Assembly (NCBI GenBank): GCA_029939595.1
Contig: JAOZSQ010000001.1
Coordinates: 197,722-261,721, forward strand
DNA: 64,000 nucleotides
Source of the DNA: Thermoplasmatota archaeon
GTDB lineage: Archaea > Thermoplasmatota > E2 > DHVEG-1
Direction of reading: 5' to 3'
A program made the translations under genes and the position numbers. The notes under the pieces are model-generated. The model was not told the DNA's origin and did not search any database. It was given only the letters and a program-made list of their open reading frames with translations. This document shows positions 35,401 to 41,777 of this stretch, in pieces (position 1 is the stretch's first letter; every line of letters begins with the position of its first letter).

Positions 35401-38060
35401 AATATACTGTTGAGCAATATAAGAATTTAAGAGAATATGTAGATGCGAAAGTTGAAAGTGTTAAAACTGCGGTTAAACCCAAACCAAAACCAGTGGAAGA
35501 GGTTAAACCGGTAGATGTGGGCGAAGCAAAGGCAGAAGCGGTAGCCAAGAAACAACAAGCCAAAATACTCCAATTTCCAACAGAAGTGGAAGAAGCCAAG
35601 AGAGCTTTACAAGCTAAAAGAGAGGGAATAGAAGTAGTTAAAGCTGATGCTGGTGGTGTGGTTAATGCGGTTAATTCGGAAGAATTGGTATTACCAGGAA
35701 TAGATGGAAAGAATAAGAAGGTTACAGAAGGGTTTGCAAAGACTTTTGGATCAAAGGTAGCTGAATCGGAACCATTTCAAAAGGTAATAGAAATTTCTGG
35801 AGAAAAGACAGCCAGTAATGTGGTTGGATGGTTGGAAAGTCCGATTGGGAAGATAACTGAATGGGTAGAGAGTAAGAGGCAATCTGAAAAGAAAGTGGAA
35901 TCTAGTGTGGGAGATCTTTATCAACAGGAACAAACGAAAAAAGAACATGAACAAGCTGTTGCTCTTGAGTCGGATCGGAAACAGGTTGAATTGGTAGATA
36001 CTATTGAACAAGGTAAAGTTCCACCACCAACAATACAAACAATAGATGCTACAAGAGAAACACAAGCTAGGCATCTTACAATGGAACAAACTAACACTAA
36101 ACGAGTATTGGATAAACTTGAAGGTATGAATGTTGGAACTGCTGCTGGTGCTGGTGCTGGTGGAGATTCTGAAAAGAATAAATTTAATATGCCAGGATTG
36201 CCACCTATACCTCTTCCTTTTGTTAGAAGAAAACCAAAGGTTAAACCAAAACCAAAGGTTAAACCAAAACCAAAGGTTAAACCAAATGTTAAACCAAATG
36301 TTAAACCAAAACCAAAGGGACGATTTAGTTTTAAGAAACCTGTTGCTGGTGCTGTTGCTCCGCCTAAGATCAAGTTAGATGTGCCAAAAGAAGCACCTAA
36401 AGCAAAAGGTGGATGGTTAAGCAAAGCATGGGGTTGGACTAAAAAGGCAGCAGGAAAGGTTGTTAAGTTTGTTAAGAGTGTTGGAAGTTTTCTAAAACAA
36501 GGAAAGAAAACTATAATGAGGTATCTTAAACCAATTGGAAAATATGTTGGTAAATTGGTTGCTGGTTCGGCAAGAGGTCTTGGGAAGTTTGCTAAGAAAA
36601 TACCTTTATTGAGTATTTTGTTTGCGATTTGGGATGGTGTTCAAACGTATAAAGATGCAAGTAAGATGAAAGCCGAAGGTAAGTCTCCACGAACCATTGC
36701 TTTAAAAACTATTCCATCTATAGCAGGTATTGTTGGTGAATTGGTTGGTGGTGCATTAGGAACCTTTTTAGGAACTATTCCTCCACTTACATTTTTTGGT
36801 GGTACTTTTATTGGTGGTCTTCTTGGTGGATTTGGAGGTAAAAAGTTATTTAAATGGTTGTTTGGAATGCCAGCAGTTGCAGGTTGGATTGCTGATGCAA
36901 TGGGATTTACTGAGGCGAATGATGCAGCCTGGAAGAAGGATATGGAAGAAAAGGAAAAGGAAAAATCAGCAGAAACATCTCCTCCTGAAGTGGATATACC
37001 TAAATCGGAAGGAGCAGCAGCACCTCAAGAGGGTACGCCTGTGGATGAGGCTGCGCCTCAAGAGGGTACGGATGCTGAGTTGCCTAATGAAGAACCGGTT
37101 GATGCACCAAAAGAACCAGATATGCCAACGATTCCGAAGATACCAAGTCCTTCTCCTGTGGATAAAGGTGGTGTTTCAATGCAGAGAGGTGGGCTTGTTG
37201 GTGAAGGTGAAACAGTAAATGCAACTTTGCATGGTCCTGAGATAGTTATTCCATTGAAAAAGAAAGATGCAAAGGGTTTAAAAACTGTTCATGGAAAGGG
37301 TACTTTCAAGGAACCAGCTAAGTTTAAAGAACAAGCTCTTCTTCAGTTTAAGAAAATGAAGTTGAGAGGTGTTTCAAAAACAGCATTAGAAAAAGTAATG
37401 GATAGTCATCCTTTATTTAAGAAACATAAAAAATACTTTTTAGAACAGTTATATAATGCAAAAGGAACTAAAAAGAAGGGAACAAGTGGAAAAGTTGGAA
37501 GACCAAAAGGTGGTGTAAAAGCCAAACCAATGCCAGATTTAGGAAAAGTTGTTGTTGGGTCGGCTGGATCTGGAACATTTGGGGCAACTGTTGAAGAAAG
37601 TGTTATTAGTGATGGTAAAGGTGAAACTAAACAAGGATGGGTTAAATCATCAAAGAATGTTCCTGGTGTTGCTAAGAAGTTTTTGATTAATATGATGGAC
37701 AGGATTGATAAAGGTGATAGTTTTTCAGCAGAGGAATCAGATAAGTTCATAAATATGGCATCTCAGTTTGGAGTTCCTTCTAAATATTGGCATTCGGGTT
37801 TGAAGTTAAAAGTACATGATACACAGAAGGCACTCAAACATCAAGCGTTACAAAGAAAGAAAGTAGAAAAGCGAGTGGCGGGTGAAACTTCACGAGTGGA
37901 TGAAGCAGCGGGTAAAGCAAAAATATTGCCGTTTCCAGTTATGCAACCACAAGCTCCTCCACAGGCTCCTCCTCAACCAAGTAGTAATGAGAGTGTAATG
38001 GTTGCAACGGGTGATAAATCATTTGCACATATGTTATATAACATTTATCAATATGGGTAA
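26451..38060 (+). CDS. tail tape-measure protein (3,869 aa)
   Basis: Position after tube and chaperone. Five copies of G-E-A-G-x-E-x-I-V-P-L-like motifs. ~40-aa periodic aromatic/Ala repeats across about 5 kb. K/E coiled coils. C-terminal Gly-rich hydrophobic segments. Confidence 0.7.
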   Translation: MGRDDKINTALEQIIQRLGSLEKTVRENEIRQEEAHKIAVPKERREPIDGVDALLQHQQKEQIKREQLRDKLRKKERTEDFKRETVKDKKEDKRRLAEDIQKKKEKEKEKVETVKDEKKRKKEEYVAERKKQVEDAKVQKEADKAAKKQEKELKKGQKEEDSFLYNSESGSGEGLNLGVNDNQTMFDFGGFGGKDKETGGSKDPIDEPTKPEKKIPETIPKKTEPEKVAPIVKKQTPPKRVTPIARKKVAIDKKVPRKVTEQDDISKKILEEEPIKEPIKEPIKFLAKPVEAETSCLEGLCRASTLIARIDENVRKIGYKVGITHSKIQVAAFAKGGIGNVFLEAGGIVTKPTAMAVTGEAGKEMVIPLKKRSKEKKRFLGEVGQEIDKVIEKRDEKKEEKQEKEKIIDSKEKKKLGFLEERKQAKEAREAAKEADKAAKEVEKDQKEDDFLYEGGGESGEGINFGVNENQTMFDFGGLGDLFKRKPKPDKTDAEKPKPGKLTFEELFPKEKEIPEVVGEPVKKEKLLTFDELFPKQKKQIKKKEPVKKVEKKVEEPVEKTIEKKKRPVKKKEPVEEPVEEPVEEPVEEPVEKAVVAPVPVEKAVVAPVPVEKAVVAPVPVEKAESLIAPPVPIAEGFPCMEALCARVSTIDRIDENVEAINKRFRIPLSKIKKPKVVKFARGGVLDTTMEYGQVFGPGLFPAAQAAVGGVMSGKNPMAVMGDVKEMIVPLDKASKEKKGFIGEIADKIKGLFSRKKKEEVVEPEPAASPLGGIASMIPGGDMIPLDMISQFLPMDQLKGMIPMKKGGIIKKPVVAGEAGDEAIVPLGKGSKEKDAFLDEVSEKLVGKKGDKKISFTMSKIITTGDLNNTALIQEKIIEKKRGKRLFTQTKQTIKFTDRDKLLKKVNAIHNSIINEGGAKGRTEINFPGLADIAYDAFDMNVWGPVIQAIDYLGGVDMVQIGAAIKNAWLIGKSGKAFQCLTSPEFKELAKIDFYGLTGLIEEMARLDSDQIVSATYNAWLLGKISKPLSVLITNKDLQSFLKLNLGEVYNLAILTEELAALHTSDITLASLHAFMLGQSFKHFSTVIDISKHIGDLGSRGLFGFFKTGIFALVDRLSSFKTGDVTRACLHAWMIGKGSQQLVSVAEVMKLKIFSGWREFFGIEDPVSIMVKKLSSLTTSDVTRATLNAFILSQGVRSFKAVEQVSSLGRRFRFFKKKTVVEVLVDVVKQLAEVERSQALRATQVAQGLGMIGANVKTLNEVAKLNRKSFFIAGNTMVKDICDVVSGLSLFNWKDILVFARNTLAIAGTVKFTKDILGVTELTRKSWGLIGDTAIDEITFVVEKLSQFSLKEIGRAVVLATSLGKASPNFMQIIPIAQLGRKFIRKSIIEAIAGVIDVLKEISLRDIVRVTHNVFALGFNAPMFPKMKPIAELMGASHWSGFGNAYITDIGLVLDRMKNWEPDQVRKSALLAGSLGQAAPLYFKMIPISKLAQGSKWWGGSLIIDDISKVLKVLSAYSWSDIARINISALALAMNAPSFARMSIIGLLARPSRFWRKRTIIEEVTTVVNELGKLDQADVRKSAMVAGTLGSPAFKGLATIGELLENESKYIFWEHEGTSTIDKVKQIVGEFKQIDLADVLLAAGKAATLGLLTPQFMKIKLLEPLIAGPRKGFMGQIGDFFLGKEISPIAKAKILVDEFAKIDTTQTALAAVKAVILGKTASSFLAVPDLGRLVAYKYWGFSNRRPVDDLKDAIDGLSEIDPRNAVKAAASAFVIGKGMGNFGELGKGIAGLFKKRFIFFGKTRIEMITDMVERLGKLKPTMVLAAVGALGVVKAALKAFDKGEGGMVMRSITGLKSFFGGIMAFAKGVAGVGIWVLGKVLKRAAKSLAEAQMHMDMVGEISDKLMQKIKDLKEFITVATDFGKVKGAVKSLEYIAKRIDNFADIERLKNLDKIGSAIENLADTKQVKKAVKGMKMIAKNTDQMQQMSGFLKDFGGQKSFKTGGFIPAGKVVTGATLHGPEMVIPMKDPKFTGGPPESASGYKRLAELVEVFERIDPASIPKFIKGMSLLSSNLKTFKKFEGAKTLKHLAMSVDPVSDIKKVKQAVKGMKLIMSNIKMLEGVKAVPNLKQLSYLIHAVGDYDQVRAAVRAFDLITPRLIELGKIEGAKEMRKILYAVQGLSNEDAMYSVTTSLEMLVGQVDNMKKIGSVGELTNISYAVEGLSNIKKTGFALLSMFLLAKRVKDFKALEGVGVLQNVVNAVDGLSSPVKTAMAIGSMWMLSKRVDDFKKMEVVPNLLNLSMAVDDLSQIWKVIKMIAGVKLISKFITSFQKLQGIGELEKIAYSVDKLSQTGKVMKMIFNVWAISKFVGSFQKLQGIGELDNIAYSIDKLSQTKKVMKMILNIKMIKKFAIDDMKKLAAIDELNSLIRVVEKLSRFGKVLKSIIAIKMLGGQKKSFEKIREINEIINGIPHFKTNMAVITGIGLASPLIKKAVKVIKFMGKNSEEIKKVSVLNAFDELGDFFDVVKKVGAMGVLGFASKSMIKAVDVVKELGAVPTSVFEDLGDNLAVISKTEIHLFKSMKIMGGLGFSRKLIKNAIKSIQMLQDNKDLIATLDQLQFPKDMSNLQVLISLGEQKDSIERAMKSIEKLNENMGIIKSIDIEAFNRLGKVSVGVRGLGQLEHVNKNIKVLKGIEKDGETIIRASEILKQAGFTIGESKGEKMGAKAEDVLAGMTEKGAKAKEKGKELFDSVKGVDIKGKGTEAYEKGKGLVAGLFKKKEKKVEEGLTGAADKVDKMKEKGDVEAEPKAGLGFIGGLKKKAFGLMDEMKTVKEETKGEEKVEGKGFLDKLKEQKEDLLEKAKGVKEKVVGTVTPKEEEVGFTTGRQDLDKTMEGGYEKPLKKKVGDFVTGKMQEFGLGDLTKTDKSKELVGYLKDKKKEGVDYVKGKADEAGDSLGSKKDIVAKYVTDQYGAVTKVVVDYFGKSKEYTVEQYKNLREYVDAKVESVKTAVKPKPKPVEEVKPVDVGEAKAEAVAKKQQAKILQFPTEVEEAKRALQAKREGIEVVKADAGGVVNAVNSEELVLPGIDGKNKKVTEGFAKTFGSKVAESEPFQKVIEISGEKTASNVVGWLESPIGKITEWVESKRQSEKKVESSVGDLYQQEQTKKEHEQAVALESDRKQVELVDTIEQGKVPPPTIQTIDATRETQARHLTMEQTNTKRVLDKLEGMNVGTAAGAGAGGDSEKNKFNMPGLPPIPLPFVRRKPKVKPKPKVKPKPKVKPNVKPNVKPKPKGRFSFKKPVAGAVAPPKIKLDVPKEAPKAKGGWLSKAWGWTKKAAGKVVKFVKSVGSFLKQGKKTIMRYLKPIGKYVGKLVAGSARGLGKFAKKIPLLSILFAIWDGVQTYKDASKMKAEGKSPRTIALKTIPSIAGIVGELVGGALGTFLGTIPPLTFFGGTFIGGLLGGFGGKKLFKWLFGMPAVAGWIADAMGFTEANDAAWKKDMEEKEKEKSAETSPPEVDIPKSEGAAAPQEGTPVDEAAPQEGTDAELPNEEPVDAPKEPDMPTIPKIPSPSPVDKGGVSMQRGGLVGEGETVNATLHGPEIVIPLKKKDAKGLKTVHGKGTFKEPAKFKEQALLQFKKMKLRGVSKTALEKVMDSHPLFKKHKKYFLEQLYNAKGTKKKGTSGKVGRPKGGVKAKPMPDLGKVVVGSAGSGTFGATVEESVISDGKGETKQGWVKSSKNVPGVAKKFLINMMDRIDKGDSFSAEESDKFINMASQFGVPSKYWHSGLKLKVHDTQKALKHQALQRKKVEKRVAGETSRVDEAAGKAKILPFPVMQPQAPPQAPPQPSSNESVMVATGDKSFAHMLYNIYQYG
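28167..28316 (+). repeat. in-frame tandem repeats: 12 bp x4 (EPVE) then 30 bp x3 (KAVVAPVPVE), inside the tape-measure gene
   Basis: Direct inspection. Confidence 0.7.
36229..36318 (+). repeat. in-frame 15/18-bp tandem repeats encoding (KPKPKV)n, inside the tape-measure gene
   Basis: Direct inspection. Confidence 0.7.
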
Positions 38061-38063
38061 GAT

Positions 38064-39560
38064 ATGACAACAATTTTAAGATATCCATTAGAACCAGAAG
38101 TGGCGGATGCTTATCCTCATTTAAAATTTGAGGCATTTACTTATGGTATGCCCAAACCGGATGGATCTTCTGGAAACGAGTCAAGTACACAGGAGAAGGA
38201 AGGTGTAATGTTGAAAGTAGGGGCTAAGTTGGTTGAGATACGAACTTATATTCCGCCTAGTGCAATGAAAAATGCTGTAAGTTCTGATTGGCAATTGGAA
38301 GATGCTATGTTGGTTGGTAGTAAAACATTGGATCAATTAACAAGTTTTAAAGGAATAGTAGATTTAGCGGAAGGATTTGTACAATCAATTGATTTATCTG
38401 GAATGGCACAAACATTAGTAAATAACAATAAATATATTAAATTAGGTGCAGGGTTTATGAATACCATTTCTTCCTCAATGGGTAAGACTCAGATGCCTAG
38501 TAAAATTCCTATTTTTAAAGGTACTCAATTACATAATCCTCAATTTCAATTTGATTTTGATCCTTATAGTTTGAATGAAGCGAAAGAGGTTAATACAATA
38601 GTGAAGATGTTTGAAGCATTAGCAAAACCAATAATGAACAAAATGACATTGGCAAAATTGGGTGCTGCATTTGGTACTAGTGGTCCTATGGGCGCACTTA
38701 TAAAAAAGGCAACAAGTTATTTAACCAGGGGTATTATATTTTTAGATTTTCCACCTTTATGGAAAATTACTGTAATGGATGGTTCTAGTAGTGATCCAGT
38801 TACCAATTTTATGTATGATAAATCGGATTATTATGCAATAACAACTGTTGATTCAACAGCGGGTGAAGGTGCTGAATATAATTATTTTCATGGAAAAGCA
38901 AAATATCCAGTTAAAACAAATTTAAGTGTTACATTTCAGTCTATGTATCCACCACGACACAAAGACAAACAACCAAGTAAAGCGGATAGTTGGCCTGGAG
39001 GCGCAAAGGAAAGATGGCCACAAATAGTGAAACATATTGCGACATTATATGAAGGAGGAAATACTACTGAAACAATGACGAATAAAGGTATTGCTTCGGT
39101 TACTAGGAGATTGCCAAGGTCAACATCTCAATATAGGTCAAGAGGTGCAAATACATCAACCCCAACTGCTGGAACTAATACTTCAAGTGGAGCTAATCAA
39201 GGTGGAGCTAATCAAGGTGGAGCTAATCAAGGTGGAGCTAATCAAGGTGGAGCTAATCAACCAAATGCTAATCAACCAAATGCTAATCAACCAAATGCTA
39301 ATCAACCAAATACGGGTGCAGGAGCTACAGCCCAACAAGGTGATGGTACTACTCAAGAACAGAATCAGCAACCAAATCCTGATAATAATCCAGTGGTTGA
39401 TCAAGCGAATGCAAATGCTGCAAATACGGCAAAAGGTAGAACAACAAGTTATTCTTCAAGTTCGGGTTCAAGTGATGAAGAAATGAGTGCTGAAGAAGCT
39501 AAAGCTAAAGCTAAAGAGGCTGCTCTTGAAGAAGCTTGGAGAAATCAAACTGGTATGTAA
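38064..39560 (+). CDS. tail/baseplate protein following the tape measure (possible Mu gp43-like), with GANQ/ANQPN tandem repeats and an acidic tail
   Basis: Position. N-terminal YPHLKFEAFTYGMPKP loosely resembles Mu gp43 HLQPASFRGVPF. Repeats at 39189-39312. Confidence 0.35.
   Translation: MTTILRYPLEPEVADAYPHLKFEAFTYGMPKPDGSSGNESSTQEKEGVMLKVGAKLVEIRTYIPPSAMKNAVSSDWQLEDAMLVGSKTLDQLTSFKGIVDLAEGFVQSIDLSGMAQTLVNNNKYIKLGAGFMNTISSSMGKTQMPSKIPIFKGTQLHNPQFQFDFDPYSLNEAKEVNTIVKMFEALAKPIMNKMTLAKLGAAFGTSGPMGALIKKATSYLTRGIIFLDFPPLWKITVMDGSSSDPVTNFMYDKSDYYAITTVDSTAGEGAEYNYFHGKAKYPVKTNLSVTFQSMYPPRHKDKQPSKADSWPGGAKERWPQIVKHIATLYEGGNTTETMTNKGIASVTRRLPRSTSQYRSRGANTSTPTAGTNTSSGANQGGANQGGANQGGANQGGANQPNANQPNANQPNANQPNTGAGATAQQGDGTTQEQNQQPNPDNNPVVDQANANAANTAKGRTTSYSSSSGSSDEEMSAEEAKAKAKEAALEEAWRNQTGM
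39189..39312 (+). repeat. in-frame 15-bp tandem repeats (ggagctaatcaaggt x5; gctaatcaaccaaat x4)
   Basis: Direct inspection. Confidence 0.7.
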
Positions 39561-39570
39561 GGAATAAATT

Positions 39571-40095
39571 ATGGCAAAATATAAAACATTTTCATTTATG
39601 GATCAGTTCTTTCCTACAACGATTGATCTGACCGATTTTATTAAAAAATTTTCAACCGATGAATATAAGATAGAATTTAGTAACTATCAACCATTGGTAG
39701 TTACCACAGTAAATCTTTTTGAACAGATTTCTTTTGATTTTAAAAAATCCGCTCAGAATATAGCTTTTGAACATTATGTTATTCAAGAAGGTGAGAAAAT
39801 AGAAGCAGTTGCTAGAAAGTTTTATGGTGATAATGATTATTGGTGGGTTATTATCTTATTAAATGAGATGAAGGTTCCACTTTTTGATTGGCCAATGAAT
39901 GACGATCAACTCAAAGAACTTTCAGCTTTGCTAGTTAAAAAAGAGAATAAATATACATATAAGACTTATTATAAGCTTTTATTTGAACAAAACGAAGATA
40001 AAAGGGCGATTATTTTATTGAAACCTCAACATGTGGATTCTTTGGTTGAGGCTTTTAGATCTTATTTTTATGAAATTCAAGGAATTCGGATGTAA
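39571..40095 (+). CDS. LysM-like tail protein X family
   Basis: HYVIQEGEKIEAVARKFYGDNDYWWVIILLNE parallels P2 gpX ALQGDTLDAICVRYYGRTEGVVETVLAANP. Confidence 0.55.
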   Translation: MAKYKTFSFMDQFFPTTIDLTDFIKKFSTDEYKIEFSNYQPLVVTTVNLFEQISFDFKKSAQNIAFEHYVIQEGEKIEAVARKFYGDNDYWWVIILLNEMKVPLFDWPMNDDQLKELSALLVKKENKYTYKTYYKLLFEQNEDKRAIILLKPQHVDSLVEAFRSYFYEIQGIRM

Positions 40096-40098
40096 ATC

Positions 40099-41469
40099 AT
40101 GGCTGAAAGTAGTTCTCCAGATATTAATTTTTCCATTGTTGGTATAGTTATTGGCGGTGAAGATAGAGGTGTTATTATTAACCCCAAAGACAGTCCAATT
40201 GAAAGGTTGGAATTCTTTGAGAGTTTAACTTTTCCAGGAATTACTGGAAATTTGGTTTTTAAAGATGATCAAGGTGCATTGGAATTAGGAAACAAAGCCG
40301 GAGCGTTGGTAACGGCTGGAGATGAAATTATGATAAGTTTCCGAGCCAAAGAACAATCGCCTATTACAGTTAAATATACTATTTATGCTATTCAAGAAAT
40401 GCCAATGACGAGTGCAAAAGCAATTCTTTCTAGTGTTTCTTTTTGTTCTACATGGGTTTATGAAGCCTTTACACGTAAAGAACCGATTAAATTTTGTAAT
40501 GATGAAGAACCTTTTACTATTAGCTCTATTGTAAGTAAAATTATTAAGGAATGTGGAGGTGAGACTAAAAATTCAACTACTCCCTCTATTATTAAAAAAA
40601 CATTAGATAAACAGATTGAAAGATTTCTTTCACCTTTTTGGACACCAATACAAACAATTAAATATTTTATGGATTTTGCTTTAAGTCAGGATACTTATGG
40701 TGGATATGTTATTTGGACCAATTTTAAACAACCAACTCCAGGAAAAGAAATAGTTAATTTTGCACCCATTTCTTATTTTTTTGGTGATGAAAAAGAGAAT
40801 GATGATGAGGGATTACCAAAGGGTTCTTCAATGTGTAAAGGCATTTTGAGAATTGGTGGAGAAAATCCAGATGCTAGTCAAAACGATATAAAATCATTCA
40901 ATCCAGAAAAAGGCGTAGATGATTTTAAATTTGCTAATTTGGGGGCTTCTAATTCAAAAATTTGTGGTTTTGATTTTGATAGGACAAAACGGGTGGAAAT
41001 TGATACCGGATTATTAAATTATAAACACCCTCATTTTGGCACCAAATTCCCTCTTATAAAGAAATTTAATAAAACGGAATATCGGAGTATTAAACAAACT
41101 ACTTTGTACCCTCAGACTACGTATTTGATTGAAAATGAGGAAAATGTAAAGGACATGTTGAAGGGAAAATTATTTACTAAATATTCTTTATTATTTGCAG
41201 ATTTTTTTGTTATAAATGTCCAGTTATTTGGTGAAATGACTGATCGGGAAGTTGGGAAAAAGATCATGTTATTGGTTCCTTCTATTGATGAACATATGAA
41301 AGGTAAACCCAACAGGAAATATAGTGGAACCTATATTATAAGAAATATAAGGCATGTAATGGCATCAGGAAAATATTATCATTTTGCAACTTTAATATCG
41401 GATGGTTATAAAGAAATCCAAGACGGAGCGGAGGACCCTGATTTGACTTTGATGAGGTGGAAAACATAA
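40099..41469 (+). CDS. baseplate hub candidate (P2 gpD / Mu gp44 position)
   Basis: Gene order TMP-(gp43-like)-X-hub-spike. No motif-level confirmation. Confidence 0.4.
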   Translation: MAESSSPDINFSIVGIVIGGEDRGVIINPKDSPIERLEFFESLTFPGITGNLVFKDDQGALELGNKAGALVTAGDEIMISFRAKEQSPITVKYTIYAIQEMPMTSAKAILSSVSFCSTWVYEAFTRKEPIKFCNDEEPFTISSIVSKIIKECGGETKNSTTPSIIKKTLDKQIERFLSPFWTPIQTIKYFMDFALSQDTYGGYVIWTNFKQPTPGKEIVNFAPISYFFGDEKENDDEGLPKGSSMCKGILRIGGENPDASQNDIKSFNPEKGVDDFKFANLGASNSKICGFDFDRTKRVEIDTGLLNYKHPHFGTKFPLIKKFNKTEYRSIKQTTLYPQTTYLIENEENVKDMLKGKLFTKYSLLFADFFVINVQLFGEMTDREVGKKIMLLVPSIDEHMKGKPNRKYSGTYIIRNIRHVMASGKYYHFATLISDGYKEIQDGAEDPDLTLMRWKT

Positions 41470-41777
41470 TGTTACAAAAAGAAATAGCTTTATTTGATAA
41501 TAATATAACATTAGAAGGAATATATATCGGTGAGGTGATAAGTGGTAAAGATCCAAAAATGAGGGGAAGAGCTTTAGTACGTATAATTGGGTTGCATGAT
41601 TTTGAAGACGAGGACGAATCTAATAGTATTTGGGCTGAAATGTGTAGTCCAACCCAACATGGTTTTGAGGCACCGGAGATTGGGAATTTTGTTTATATAA
41701 TGTTTCGTAGTAAGTTTGACCCAAGTTCGGCAATTTATTTGGGTTATGTTAATAGTAATTTTGTGGATGGCATATAA
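41457..41777 (+). CDS. central spike N-terminal OB-fold domain protein (gpV / gp5 N-terminal-like)
   Basis: GIYIGEVISGKDPKMRGRALVRI......SIWAEMCSPTQHGFEAPEIGNFVYIMFRSKFDPSSAIYLGYV matches the gpV/gp5 OB-domain pattern (G.V...D....RvrV......S.W.r...p.aG...g....PevGdeV.V.F..GD...P...G). Confidence 0.6.
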   Translation: MENIMLQKEIALFDNNITLEGIYIGEVISGKDPKMRGRALVRIIGLHDFEDEDESNSIWAEMCSPTQHGFEAPEIGNFVYIMFRSKFDPSSAIYLGYVNSNFVDGI

